A stretch of 64,000 bases of DNA from Lama glama (taxonomy: Eukaryota). Shown in pieces: positions 25,965 through 39,519 of the stretch; the first letter of the stretch is position 1; each line of letters begins with the position of its first letter. The DNA lies in contig CM052817.1 in the NCBI GenBank assembly GCA_028534125.1, positions 22,074,001 to 22,138,000 of the forward strand. Direction: 5' to 3'. The notes under the pieces are model-generated. The model did no database searches and was not told where the DNA came from. It was given only the letters and a program-made list of their open reading frames with translations. A program made the position numbers and the translations under genes.

Positions 25965-26203
25965 GGGTGAAAAAGTATAATCTTGTGCAGTGGACGAGAG
26001 CTCAGGTTCCCATTTCCATCACTTATCACTTACGTAATCTTAGATAAGCTACTAAATATCTCTTGTCTTTGGTTTATTTATCTTTACAGTGGGATTAAGA
26101 GTCATATTTATTTCACAGAATTGCTGTGCAGATTGGAAGAAATAGCAAAAGGTGCTCGTAAGGTGGGCACATAGCAAGCATTCTGTAAATGTTACTGATG
26201 ATC
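25965..26203 (+). mobile_element. MIR, near full length
   Basis: atcttagataagctactaaatatctc...cacagaattgctgtgcagatt...ggcacatagcaagcattctgtaaatgttact. Confidence 0.75.
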
Positions 26204-27919
26204 ATTTAAAACAACTAATGGTGAGAGTGGTGAGTGGGGCTAGAACTAAAGTGAACTCCAGAATACTTTTTGTAGCAACGTGATATAATGAGAAAATCGT
26301 CAGATCTGTTAAAAGGTTGTATTTCCATCCGGGATACTCTGGAGAAAGAATGAAAGGCAGCCTTTTCTGTTCTCACACTCTTGTTTTGCCTCAGAGCACT
26401 GTTGCTACATATAATTAGGTTCCTTGAGGGGAATTATGCTGGAAAGAAGTGAGCTGGTAAGGTGGGAGGGGTGCAGTGTAATTCATGGAAGAAATACCCA
26501 AGGATAAATTTCAGTTACTTCTGAGAGCCCAGGGAAAAGACAGACTTCTGCAGGCCCCTGAAATGTTAGGGAATCTATGGTGACATCTCTGGAGGTGATA
26601 ACTGGGTATAGTATCTTCCATCTAAGACACAAATCCTTGTATCTGAACTGAATATGTGCAAGCAGAACTTCTGTCTGCAAGGGTCATGGAGGTTTGAACA
26701 TAGAGCATAACAATGGTGACCAGTGTGAAGTGAAGACAGATTTGTCTTTTTTTTTTAATTTCTGAATTTCATATTGTCATAACCCTAGAGAGACCCCTAA
26801 AATGACTGAGAGTGAGCCCTGAAAATCAAAGCAAGGAAAATAAATGGAGCTAACTCTGGTCGCAAAAGAAATTGAGCTCAGACTTGACAGCTTTGTTTCC
26901 CTGCAAGAAATATGCAGTAGACTTTGTCCAGGGAATGGCAACAAAAATGGTAGCTGCCTCCTGCTATCTGAGTTCCCGATTCCTGAGACTGTGGAATAAG
27001 TAGAGTGACCTCAAGGATGAGCACAACATCAACATACATGAAATTTTAGGACAGGGGATGCGCTCATTACACTGAACAAGAACAAGTATTTATTTAGTTG
27101 CCAAAGATAGTTGTTCTTCAGATTATTTCATGCCTACTAATTCTTCAGATTCAAAAGATAATTCCTCTAGGCTTAATATTCTAGGTTTAAAGAAAGTATT
27201 TTTGCAGAAAGAGACTCTCCAAGTGAATCTTCTGTTGTAAAATGGAGGTGAAATAATTTTTCATGTAAACCATCCTTAGACATTCTTAAGAGACTATCAT
27301 TCACACAGCCCTGTTGGCTTTTGTGTGGAAATTACTATCTTGGTGGAAATCTGGCTCAAAGTAAAGACCTAGGTAACTGGGCACATGCCTACTCCATGGT
27401 TAAGAAAGGGCACAGCATTACAGACACTGGAGTGCAAGCCACTTTTTTTTTCAAGTTCCACTGTTCACTGAAAAAAAGATATAGCAGATAGCAGAGTCAT
27501 TGATTATTAAGTCATGTTGTGTTCCATATGGCTATAGGAGACTGGAACTCATGAGAGATGCTCTTCATCACATATTCTGGACACCTCTTCTCCCCTGCCC
27601 CAACACATTAATGCCAAGCTATAATCTTTGAAAGCTTAAATTTACTGAGGAAAATAATAAGACTTGAGAATATCTGCCAAAACTCAAAATAAAAAAAAAT
27701 TCAAAATGTAAATGCTGGACTCAATCAAAATACAGTAAACTCAGTTAAGATCTCAGTCTTTGGACTTATTTGCAGCTTAAACAGAGCTGAAACATGACTT
27801 AGAGTACTGAAAGAAAGATAAACAGGAAAAAAGCAGAAAGGGAGACAAAAGAATGAGGCTGGGGAGTAAGGTTATCAGACATAGAAGACAGAATGAAACA
27901 GTGCAACGTACTTAGAATC

Positions 27920-27987
27920 AGGGGTCCTAGACCAAAGCTTGCAAATAGCAGATGTTCAAAAATTATATGTTAAATGAATGAGTGAAG
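27920..27987 (+). mobile_element. L2 3' tail
   Basis: atagcagatgttcaaaaattatatgttaaatgaatgagtgaa. Confidence 0.55.
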
Positions 27988-29147
27988 TGGAAAAGATATA
28001 TCATGAATTGCCGTTTGGAAAATATTTTTTAAATATGTATTTTACTTTGCTAATGACATATGACACAGGACATATGACACAGTTCTTTGGTGATGGAAAA
28101 ACTTCAAATTTAAACTAAAACAAAAAATTATACTCAGAATGTTTCAGAATGATCATGGGTAGTATAAGAAGTTAACTGAGGGTTTGAGAGAGCTTCATAA
28201 AGGCTATGCCTTTATACTTGCTCTAAGAACAGTTTATCTGATCTCTAGACTTTTTTATGTATTCCATTTTATTCTGCCAATAATATTATTTATCCTCGTA
28301 TCTTGCTTATTAACAGCATTTTTATGGAGTCTGAAAAGAAAATACTGATAACTCTGTAGAGGAGGTATAAGAAATATTACCTCAATAGAAATGAGTATCA
28401 ATTTTATTCAGGAGAGCTTTTAAAGTAAATCATACTGTTATTTAAATAAAATTTTAAATTTTAAATGAAGTTAATAAAAAATTATTGAACTTATTATAGA
28501 AATGTTTATTCCCCCAATAAAAGCAACCTCTAAAAAGTTAGCATTATTTGCAACAAAATGCCTGAATGGTATTCATGACTGATGGTTTTAATCCAGAATT
28601 TATTTTCTCCTGAAGCATATGACTTTTTCCTCTACTTCTGGATCAATAAGGCAGTATGTCACTTCCAAACAGTAATTAATTTGAAGCTTCGGCTACTATC
28701 ATGTTGCAGTAAAACTCCCATTGAATAATCCCTGCCTGTTCCCCATTCCTATTCCTTTTCCAAAGCATTATATATAGAAAACATATGCTCAGCTGGTTTC
28801 CTGAAACCCAGTCCCTCAGGCAGAAAGACAGATAAGCTCGTCTGAATGATTTTTTTTCTCCTTTTGCCTCACTCTCTTAAGGCCTGACTCTACCTGCCTG
28901 AAAATAGATCAGAGAGTGTATTAAATTAACTTCTATTTTATTTATGACTGCTTCAGGAAATGAATTATCCAACCTGAAGTAAACTTATCTTCTTCCTCTT
29001 CTTTCCTCAATATCCTTAAGGAAAACCTTCCTGCACTATTACTTCAGATGGAAGGGTTTGAACTCTACAATTGACTTTAAACTTTATTTCGAGATGAGCA
29101 TCAATCACTAGTTCAAAGGGCTTAGCTCATTTGTTTAGCAACACTTC

Positions 29148-29320
29148 CAATTACCTACCATTTATTGAAGATTCAACATGGATATATACCAGGCACTTAT
29201 GGCTATTTTTATATACTTATATACATGCATGTCTTTTAATTTCAATTGCAATGCCCTATGAAATATTTCAGGGTTCCTAAATATTTTACCACCAGAAGAG
29301 ATGGAGAATCAGATTATCGT
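29148..29320 (-). mobile_element. MIR fragment
   Basis: ctaccatttattgaag...taccaggcactt...ccctatgaa. Confidence 0.55.
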
Positions 29321-29584
29321 AGTTTCTAAGTGGTAGGACAAAGAATTTAAAAATGAACTATAGTGTTAAAAGAGAGCTTAGCTTTCTGTGAAAATCTCTC
29401 ATTTTTACTGATGGGGAAAATAGTGAAAAGATAGCTTAGAAATGAAGTAAAACTGTCATAAGCCCTTAAAGTGTAGCAGGTTTCTCTATGATCAGTCATG
29501 GATACAAAATCCTTCATGGTGTTAATCTCTGTATCCACTGAGTTTCTCTGTTCCTGAAACATAAATTTATTATTTATTACAGGC

Positions 29585-29740
29585 ACTTATTCTTCCAACC
29601 AATGTTTATGAAGCCCTCTTCTGTGCCAGATATTATTGTAGGCTGTGGGGACACAATGGTGAGGGGGAAAAACTGTATTCCTTATCATCTGGAGTTTATA
29701 CTCTGGTAGGGGAGACAGACAGTAACAAAATACATTAATT
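29585..29740 (-). mobile_element. L2 3' end
   Basis: ctgtgccagatattattgtaggctgtggggacacaatggtga...tggagtttatactctggtaggggagacagac. Confidence 0.8.
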
Positions 29741-29769
29741 AACTATCTAGAAGAAACTATTTTAGAGAG

Positions 29770-30635
29770 TAAAATACAAGTATGTTTAAAGATACAATGC
29801 ATAGTCACATACAAGAAAAATACAAGAATTTTTAAAAAAACAAGCAAAAATCATATATAAATTTTATACAGATGTACAAAGATTGGTTGATAGATGATAG
29901 AGATATAACTATATAGAAAAAGAGAAATAATCCAATAGAAAAGTCATTAAGAGACTTGAGCAAGCATTTTATAAGGGATTCTCACCAAATGATGATAAAA
30001 CTATGCAATTATTATGAGCTTCTCTAGTAATCAGTAAAATGTTAATTAAGATGAAAATTAAGTACCCTTACATACATTCCTTATATACATAACACAATTG
30101 CTAATACTTAAAAAGTGCAAAGTTTCACAAAGGATATGACACACCAAGAAATTTCAGACACAGTTCTTGAGAGTGGAAATTGGTATAACCACTTCAGAAA
30201 ACACTGAAACTCAATGTATATGTAACCAATAACACAGCAATTTCACTCACATGATATTCCCAGCAGAAGTCTATGCACTCTGCACCAAAAGACAGGTACC
30301 ATAAAATGTCATTAGCAATTATTCTTAGAACAAAAAATTGGAATTAATGCAAATACCTATCATTATTAAAATAGATCCAAAATTAAAATAGATTTTAATT
30401 TTTCAATAAAATTGTATATAGCACATTCACTAGCATGGAAAGAAGAAATTGGCATGATATTTAACAGAAGAAGCTATTATACACAAAGAAATGGTTTATA
30501 TAAAGATCACAAATAGGCAAAAAAAATGCCTCTTGTTAAATCAGGATAGTGCTCATTATTGAAAAGTTATGATAAAATTATGATACTTTAAATACTGGAT
30601 ACTTGGTAGAATTTTCATTTTCTTGTTCTATTTGG
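29770..30635 (+). mobile_element. Ancient L1ME-like ORF2 3' end plus 3' UTR
   Basis: aatccaatagaaaag...gagagtggaaattggtataaccacttcagaaaac...cagcaatttcactc...caccaaaagac...tcaggatagtg. Confidence 0.75.
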
Positions 30636-31154
30636 CATTTCCAAAATTCCAAGTGAGAACACATTTTGATATGGTTACTGGACATTTGGCATTCTGGTGA
30701 GGGTTTAATAGTCACATTATTTGCCTAGTTTTTAAAAATGGAATTTGCTTTTTTTAAATCAGAATTCTTGTATGTAGTTATTATTAATGGTTTCTTCAGC
30801 AAATATTTTGAAATCCTTTTTTTCTAGTTACATTTATTGCATTTTTTTAAAATTTTATCATGTTATATTTCTAATTGCTTATTTTTGTTTAGTATCTGTT
30901 TTCCACAAGAGCTTTTAAAACATATGATTTAATTAATCAAATTAAATTATTCTGAAGTTTCCATCATGATTAGAATACTCTCCCAGTTACAGGATGATAT
31001 GAGTACATTTCTAAATTTTGTTTCATATGAAAAAGTTTTTTGAATGTCTAAATCTCTATCTCTGTGAATTATATATGTGACTATGCATGTGTATCATTAT
31101 CATTCAGTTGGATACATACACACACATGTGCTTTGATTAGAACATCTTAAGCAT

Positions 31155-31325
31155 CATGCATGGTGTCCTGGAATAAGAATTATCCCTAGTGTCACATGAA
31201 TTTAGTTCTAATCTCATCTTATTCACTACTTTGTTGTTAAACTTCAGGCAACTCACTTTGTATCTCTGGTCTGTTACTTCAGTTGTGAAATGAGTTGTTT
31301 TGACAAGATTGTATCTAAGGAATCT
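31155..31325 (+). mobile_element. MIR-family SINE
   Basis: tagttctaatctc...caggcaactcactt...tgtgaaatgag...gacaagattgtatctaagg. Confidence 0.6.
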
Positions 31326-31993
31326 AAGAATTTATTAGGTAGGAACTGAATCCTTTTGAAGAGTTCGCCTCAGTTTTGACAGTTCATGAATTCTGTGTGT
31401 GGTCCTAATCTCTGCAAGAGCATCAAAATCTGTAACCTTTTGCTGGTTAAAGTTCATTCTCACATCTGAAATTAGAGGGAAAACTAATGTGCACATTACC
31501 TATATTAGGCACACATATAATTAATTTCTTAGATCTTAAGCCCCTTTGTCTAGCTGGCATTTCTGACCTCATATTCACAACTGTCGGTGTTTTGACCAAG
31601 GCTGCTGCCAGATCCAAATGCATTCAGTCTTCAAGATACCTAGCTTCTTAACACTTCTAGCTTGAATATAGAAGATTAATTTGTGAATTCAGTTTCATTC
31701 CTCTGGTAATTACAGCAAGGAAATTGTATTCTTCATGGATTATGTTTCTTAAGACTCGTATGAAAGCCGTCATAGGAAATCAAAGAAAATTATGTTGAGT
31801 AAGAGGGTGATAGAACATGTAAGATTGGAGAAATGGAGGTGAGGGGACAAGAAGCCCTGTGTCCATGAGAGACAAGAGAATAGCTTCCTTTTTTTCTATC
31901 ACTTTCAGGTTTAGATGAAGCACATCTGATTAATTTACTTTCTTTAGATCTCATGAAAACATTCTGTAAACTCTATAAATTTCTTTATATGAG

Positions 31994-32142
31994 AGCTATG
32001 GACTTAATTCTGTCCTCCCCAAATGCTGTGCTGAAGTCCTACCTGCCCGCCAGTGTGATGGTATTTGTTTACGAGACCTCTCAGAGAGAATTCAGTTTAG
32101 ATGAGGTAATGAGGGTGGGGCCATCATGATGGGACTAAATGC
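31994..32142 (+). mobile_element. MLT1A-like LTR, 5' part only
   Basis: gctatggacttaattctgtcctcccca...gtgtgatggtattt...gtttagatgaggtaatgagggtggggccatcatgatggga. Confidence 0.8.
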
Positions 32143-32854
32143 AGAAGATATACTGGTTTATCAAAAGCATGAAAGTAGAAATTATACAAGTGGTCTTCCT
32201 GACTCTTCAGACACCATCTGTAGCTTAAGTATAAATGAGAATAAGATAGTTCCCATTAATGAATTAGAAAGGCAAATGGAACAGATATTCTATAATTTTA
32301 GAGTTTAAAAAAAAAGATGTCTTTTGATAAGGAAGACCTGGGTCAGAAGAACAACAACAACAAAAAAATAAAAAATAAAAACAGAAAATCATAAAGATAG
32401 ATATAACTCAAAAATATTGGCTTAGATTGCTTAAAGATTCCATTCTAAATCATTAATATTTGTTGTGATATGTTACATGGACATACTTATTGTTTAGTTT
32501 TTTGCCTTCTTTTCTTCCTCTTTTTATTACAGCTGTTTTCACAATTTATCTCTTTCTCATTTTGCTTTTTCTTAGGCAAATCTTTTAGTATCTTCAAAAC
32601 TTTTCCTTTCTAAGTTGTAATTAACAGAAGTACAGAATTTCAAACTCAAACTTTCATTTTTGTCCTTTAATTCAAAGAATTGAGCCTCTGTTAAATAGGT
32701 CCTCAACTCAAATTTGTGAACCAAAATACAGATACTCACTGCAGGAATCAGTGCCACAAAATAAGATTCCAAGTTAGATGTTCTTCGTAGCAAAGGCGCT
32801 GGCAACAAAGTGTCCCGTCCGTAAAGGACAAAAAAATTATTTCATGGCATCTAA

Positions 32855-33077
32855 GGTTTACAATGTGCTTAGTAGTACATGTGAATGTATTATAAAGATA
32901 ATATTATCTTAATAGTTTAAGACACTGTAAATCGTTTACTACACTTCTATTTTACAGGTGAGAAAAGTAGGTATAAATAGAAACTGTTTTATTCAAGTTC
33001 ACATGCCAAGTAGGCCTCAGAATTCAAACCCACGGCTGTTAGATTTCACAGCTCTCAACTTTTCACTGGGCCATGTT
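32855..33077 (-). mobile_element. MIR
   Basis: ctattttacaggtgagaaaa...caagttcacatg...agaattcaaaccca. Confidence 0.75.
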
Positions 33078-34129
33078 CCCATACAACTTTTCCAAAACAC
33101 TTAGAATATTTTTTGGTTTTGATTTTTGAAACATCTATATTAAGAACTTGATTTTAGTTGCTGGCAAGATTTTGATATTAAGAAGCAAATAAAAGATGAT
33201 TTGTGGTATTTTGTTTTCTTTTCCCCAAAATCTGGGTGGTATTTATTCACTATTTTAGGGGAAATTTCGAACAAAGAGTATTTTACACCACTGGAAACAA
33301 ACTCTCTTTTGTAGTTTCTTCTAATTATCACTTGAAATTATAGCCTTTGAAGGCACAGGATCTATTAGTCTTCCTCTCCCCAAATGTCCTGACCAATAAC
33401 CCCTTCTACATTTGCCACTGCAAAGCCATATGGAGCTGCTCAGTCTTTTATTAAGACTCTTGACTGAGAAGCCTCACGGGGCTGTGAACAGCCAGGGAAA
33501 GAGAAAAGAATTAGTAGTAATAATACTAGGAGTGGACTAGAAAAAAGCTGGTTCAGCAGATATAGGGACCATAATTTCACATCCTCCTATGCCAGCGGCA
33601 AGGGAACTAATTACATGGCAGACACTATGAACTTCAGGTACATTTTTCATTTCACCTCAGTTGAAGTCAAGTCTTCTAAAGAATTTGCTATATAAAACAA
33701 TGTGTTTGCTGCCAAGATGCACTAAAATATGTATGACAAAAATATAATACTAGACTCTATATAACAAAAATTCCCAAAGCTATGAAATTACTTCTTCCTC
33801 TCCCATTAAGAAGGGGACTTATTTTCAATTAGTGCATTACAATATCCTTGTTCATTGTGATGCTTTATGGTGCACTACGTGTAGGCAATTGTGTTTCTCA
33901 ACAAGATTTATTTTCTGAACTTGGGAGTGTAGAAAACTGTGAAGTTGTACAATGCAGTTTTTGCATTTTTTTAATATTTAAAAAGAAATGCTGTTTCTCA
34001 AAATATAATAAATGATAGCACTAATGACTATCAAACTATTGCTTTTTTATTCTTTAAATATTTATGCAAATGTGAATTTAATCTTTACATTCAATTTCTT
34101 TCCATTTCACGGAGATTTTTTAAAATTGT

Positions 34130-34730
34130 CAACCAAAGGTGTTCATTGAATACACATTGTATACAGAGATCTAAAACAGCCATTATGAGGGGGTGATATT
34201 TTTTAGATGATTGTCATAACCTCTAAAGATGTTAATGTATTGGAAGAAAGTACATAAAACAATGACAATAGGATCAAATGTGTCATAAATATGAATAGTT
34301 ATTGGTATGTACAGAGAATTCTATATGGAAGTGAATAAACTGACTTCCAGTTTCCTTTAACATTGATTCCAATTCACTCCCCTCCTCCTCTCCTCTCCTT
34401 ATGAACATCTCTCATCATCCATGTCCATAAACCATCTATCACCATGGTCTTAATGATGTCTCTAGTCCCATGATCCTTTTATTTTTACAAAGCCTTATTT
34501 CCCTACCTCTTTCCTCTCAGGCAGTTACTTCAAATATATAGCCACTTTTCTCAAGGTTCTTCACTAATGACTATTTTAAAAGAGATCTATATCCAACTAC
34601 CTACTGGATCATCATTAATTAAATAAATGATTTTATACAGTTTATAGTACCTGCTAAATGCTAGGATTAAAATTATATAAAAATCAAGAGTGATTTCTGC
34701 CTTTATAGAAATTACATTCTAGATACTACC
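34130..34730. mobile_element. Cluster of decayed L2 fragments in both orientations
   Basis: gttcattgaatacacattgt (minus); atatccaactacctactggatc (plus); tttctgcctttatagaaattacattctag (minus). Confidence 0.5.
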
Positions 34731-34780
34731 ATTAGGACAAAACTTATCTCAAATATCTAGAACTTAACTTCTTAGTATAT

Positions 34781-35203
34781 TGTGAGAGAGACAAGCTAAT
34801 GATTCACTAAGCACTTTTTTGTCTTTGCCTTGCACAAATAACAAATCCATACCTGTCGTCTTCCTCTGTCTTTAAATGTGGTCCTCTGGTTGAGAGGTCA
34901 CATTACTGAGTTCTGGCCAGTGGAATGTGAGTGGAGGTAATGGGTGTCACATTTAGCATGGCTCATAGTTACCTCCCATGTATGACATCTTCTCATTTGC
35001 CATTCCACTGGACACCATGAAACCTATGAAATGGTAGAGCTTTAAAAGGAGGATAGCCAGTGATCCTGAATCACTGTCAAGAAAAGAGCAACCTGCTGAC
35101 CAGAAATATCCTTTTGCTCTTTATGTGAGTGGAAAATATACTCCTACTGATGTAAGAGATTACAGAGCTTGTGTTTTACTGCTCTGATAATTTAACTGAT
35201 ACA
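34781..35203 (+). mobile_element. MLT1J/H-like MaLR LTR
   Basis: ggtcacattactgagttctggccagtggaatgtgagtggaggtaatgggtgtcac; ends taactgataca. Confidence 0.8.
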
Positions 35204-35427
35204 GAAATAGGTGAGAGAGAGCTATAAAAGTAACTCCTCAAATTTGTGACATTGGCTTTATAATAGAGGATAGCAAAGAAACATACTGGAGGCTGAAGAG
35301 GTGGAAAACCATTATACAACACTTATTAAAACTGTTACGTGCTATGACTTGGAAGATAATACATAGAGCTTATAGCTCTAAGTGGCATAGTTGGTATCAT
35401 AATACAGATTGGGTTTTTCTATTACTT
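35204..35427 (+). mobile_element. MLT1 internal sequence, probably resuming after the L1 at about 36380
   Basis: Directly follows the LTR: gaaataggt...tgtgacattggctt...tggaggctgaag...aaaactgttacgtgctatgacttggaag. Confidence 0.65.
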
Positions 35428-35429
35428 TA

Positions 35430-36378
35430 TACATATATATATACATATATTATTGAAGTATAGTCAGTTTATAATGTTGTGTCAATTTATGGTGTATGGC
35501 ATAATGCTTCAGTCATACATGAAGGTACATATATATGTTTTCGTATTCTTTTTCACTGTGAATTACTACAAGATATTGAATATAGCTCCCTGTGCTATAC
35601 AGTATGAACTTGTTTATCATATTCATATGTGTGTGTGTGTATTTATGTGTGTGTGTGTTAGTATTAGTTAGTATCTGCAAATCTCAAACTCCCAATTTAT
35701 CCCTTCCCATTCCCTTCCACTCAGCAAACATAAGTTTGTTTTCTATGTCTGTGAGTCTGTTTCTGTTTTGTAAATAAGTTAATTTGTCTTTTTTTTAGAT
35801 TCCACCTATAAGTGATATCGTGTGGTATTTTTCTTTCTCTTTCTGGCTTACTTAACTTAGAATGACAGTCTCCAGGTCCATCCATGTTGCTGCAAATGGC
35901 ATTATTTTATTATTTGTTTATGATTGAGTGGTATTCCATTGTATAAATATACCACAACTTCTTTATTCAGTCACCTGTTGATGGACATTTAGGTGGTTTC
36001 CATGCCTTGGCTGTTGTAAATAGTGCTGCTATGAACATTGGGGTGTATGCATCTTTTTGAATTAAGTTTCCCTCTGGATATATGCCCAGGAGTGGGATTG
36101 ATGGATCATACACTAAGTCTATTTTTAGTCTTTTGAGGAATCTCCATACTGGTTTCCATAATGGCTGCACCAACACATTCCCACCAGCAGTGTAGGAGGG
36201 TTCCCTTTTCTCCACATCCTCTCCAGAATTTATCATTTGTGGACTTTTTAATAATGGCCATTCTGACTGGTATGAAGTGATACCTCACTGTAGCTTTGAT
36301 TTGCATTTGTCTGATAATTAGCAATACTGAGCATTTTTTCATGTGCCTATTGGCCATTTGTATGTCTTCACTGGAGAA
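35430..36378 (-). mobile_element. 5'-truncated L1 (ORF2 C-terminus plus 3' UTR)
   Basis: Minus-strand ORFs encode [36 protein letters not shown], the L1 ORF2 Cys-rich domain. 3' end attgaagtatagtcagtttataatgttgtgtcaattt. Confidence 0.96.
35627..35658. repeat. Interrupted (TG)n inside the L1 3' UTR
   Basis: Directly visible. Confidence 0.9.
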
Positions 36379-37284
36379 TTCCTTAACATATTTTACAGGA
36401 AATCCATGTGCACAGACTCGAATTGGACAATTTACAAAGAGAAAAAAATTGGATATAAAGAATTCATAAATTATAGGATGTGAACAGTTGGAAGAGGAAA
36501 AATACTATCACATGATAACTTAGGATTTTAAGCTAGAGGCAGTGACTGCATTGAACTTTGGATTGACACAACTGATATAAGAATGTTTTTGATATATGAG
36601 AAGAGAAGTGAAATCAGTATTTGGTGGCTAGAAGAAAAACAATGTTTCTTAGGACCTGGGGGAGCCATAATATGGAAGATATTTGAAATATTGCTCACTA
36701 CTTGGAAGGTAGAAATACTCATTTTGAAATTAAATGATGATAATCTTTCAGGACTATTTTAAAAACTTCATTTGTTACAACAACCAACAGTAACTAATAC
36801 ATTTATCCCTCCCTCTGACAGGAATCCTATTCTTTATTTTTGTTTGTTTGGTTTGTTTTTAAGACTAAATCATATTGAGAATTGAATTATTGGGAGTGGG
36901 AGGAAATACCCATTCCAACACACCTTTTCCTCTCTCTTCTGTTCCCTACCACTCGATAGTGGGAAAGAAGTAGAGGAGAGGGAGCCACTCTTCATCACTA
37001 ACTGCCTACAGGGAAGTGGTTGTATTTCTTTGGCTCATCAAACTCGGCTGCCTCACTTCATTGTCTATGGGTTAAGTATAGAAATGTTGTCCAGTAGTTG
37101 AGGAATTTCTAACAAATAACTTTCTAAGGCACTGGTACTTCTTTGTGAATTGGCCTCATCTTCTTTCTGATTTGCAACTAGCACCAATATTCTGCATTTT
37201 TTAATGTGTGTTCTTCTTTGCCTTATGCATTGAAGGCCCTTGTAAGACTATGAAGAAAATAATAATAGAAGTATTAGTCATCAG

Positions 37285-37418
37285 GTAACCTATATCGAGA
37301 ACTTGCTAAGCTCCAAGAAGTGTTCTAAGTTTTTAAAATGTGGAATAATATTTCATCATTATACCATTCCTATGAAATGATGATCTTTCCCCATTTATAG
37401 ATAAAAAAACCAAAGTGT
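37285..37418 (-). mobile_element. MIR fragment
   Basis: gtgttctaagt...cctatgaaatg...ccccatttatagataaaaaaac. Confidence 0.65.
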
Positions 37419-37424
37419 TTTCAT

Positions 37425-38140
37425 AAAACTGATCAAGGAAAATAAAGAAACCTCTTTAAGACCCCAGTATCAGACATAAAATAGAAGGCACCATCTAAGA
37501 TACTTTAGATGTTAAAAAGAAAATAATGGGGGTATTATTTTAAAATAATTTATAAATTTTAAAATAATTTATAAAATAATTTGTAATAAATTATAAATCT
37601 TTAAATGAAATGGACAAGTGGCATCTACCAAATCTGACAGAAATAGTTGCATGAAATTTCAACAAATATGGAGCTAATAAAGCAGTTCAACTTTTAATGA
37701 AAAACATTCCATGAAGAAAATCATAGCCAAAATGTCTCTATTGATCACTTTTACCAAACTTACAAAGGAAAAAAAAAAACCTGAATATTACATTAATACT
37801 TCCAGAGAGGGAAGAAAAGAGTGGATACACTGGATCTCATTTTGGGAGAGTACCATAATCTTTTTAGGAAGGAAATCTAACAATAACAAAAATTTGACTT
37901 AATACCATTAAAAAAAATGCAAAATTCCTTTTAAAGTTAGCAAATCAAATCCAGAATGATGTAATTATAATAAAATAAGACATTGTAGATTTAGAAGGGT
38001 CATGAATAAAATGGAATATGGGCATGCAAATAAGATTTGAAAAGCCAAATGATAATGTGTGAGTTTGGTTTAAAATCTGATCACCAAAGCAATTTGCACA
38101 TTAACAAAATAAAGGAGATATATAATCAACTTAATATTTT
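37425..38140 (+). mobile_element. Ancient L1 ORF2 (RT-region) fragment
   Basis: aaatgaaatggacaa; ttttaccaaacttacaaaggaa; gcaaaattcctttt..gttagcaaatcaaatccag; cacattaacaaaataaagga. Confidence 0.7.
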
Positions 38141-38220
38141 AATGATTACATAATCATGTTCAATAAACATTTTTGAATGAAAGAATGATTGAATAAATGA
38201 ACAAAATGGGGATAGTCTGA

Positions 38221-38585
38221 TGCCTTATATTTTGTGTGCTGCTATAACAAAATACCATAGACTAGGTGACTACAAGCAACAAACATTTCTTTCTCATAGT
38301 TCTGTAATCAGGGAAGTCCAAGATCAAGGCACCAACGGATTCGCTAGCTGGTGAGGGCGCATTTCCTTGTTTATAGACCACTATCTTCTCATTGTCTCCT
38401 CACATGGCAGGAGGAGAGTGGGAGAACTCCCCAGTCTCCTTTATAAGGGCCCTAATCCCATCATGAGGTCTTCACCCTCATAACCTATCTACCTGCCAGA
38501 GGCCCCATCTCCAAATATCATCACATCGGAGAATAGAGTTTTCTACAGATGAATTTTGGGGAACACAAACATTTAGGCCTTAACA
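38221..38585 (-). mobile_element. MLT1A0-like MaLR solo LTR
   Basis: gctgctataacaaaataccatagactaggtg...gggaagtccaagatcaaggcacc...tttataagggccctaatccca...gaattttggggaacacaaacatt. Confidence 0.92.
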
Positions 38586-39519
38586 ATTGGTAATCAGAAA
38601 AGAAACCAGACTAAACTAAAAAGACTCAGGTTTACAAATTCATTTAAAGCAATGCTAAAATCCATGACACTACTGTTCAGAAAGGTAGACTTACAGTTTT
38701 AGAAATCCTTTCTTTTGCAGCGACCTCAGGGTACTCAGTGCATTTTGCCCTGCATGTTCAGCGACAAACAGGTGGGATTTCACGATTAAGGTACAATAGA
38801 ATTCACTTTTATCTTCTCTGCCGTATGTCCTGGCAGGCATAGTGCGTGCAAATAGGACTCAGCATCCTCAACCAGTGGTTTCCGGGGCAGGTATAGTTTT
38901 ACTGCTTACTAAACTTGCTTTACGCTGCTTGTAGTGTAAGCGCAAACACATTTGATTGCCCCGTCCAAGAAATCAAAGTGACAGATGAAGAGATTTCAGT
39001 ATGAACCACGGTACCAATCAAGGCGAACAGAATGCTTGCAAGAGGTGCGTAAGTAATAGCAACATTTCATTTTGATAATGTTGGTCTAGAGCGAAGGACA
39101 AAGGCCTGTGTTCATTCCAGGAAATGGAGTTAGGAAGAAGAGTCCAGTTAAATGCTGCTTCTTGGAAATAGGGGTCAGCAATTCCTAGTCTCCGGGGCTA
39201 GTTTTCTAGCCCACCATGACACTGGGGTTTTCTGGCAGCCTTAAATAAGGGGATTTTTCTTATTAAGAGTTGTGTGACAGTTTCTTTTTAGTCATACTGT
39301 ACATATTTCTAAAATCTTTCTTATATAAAAGTAAGTCTATTTTTAAAGGGCAAGTAGGAATATTCAGGAAGATTATTTATTTGAAGAAGACGTTGGGATT
39401 TTTCAAAAGATAAAATCTCCTTGTCTGTAAGTGCTCATGCTGTAAAAGCGTCAATTTGTTTTGCCCTTGGAGATTTGGGGATATGGTGTGCATTAGAGGA
39501 TGATAAAGGAAAATACTAG

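Noticed and set aside
35967..36357. ORFs with L1 ORF2 similarity (also 42297-42776 and 7314-7717)
   Set aside because: Frameshifted fragments of truncated L1s, not functional CDS.
37537..37600. AT-rich tandem repeat tttaaaataatttataaa
   Set aside because: Slippage within an old L1, with no evidence of function.
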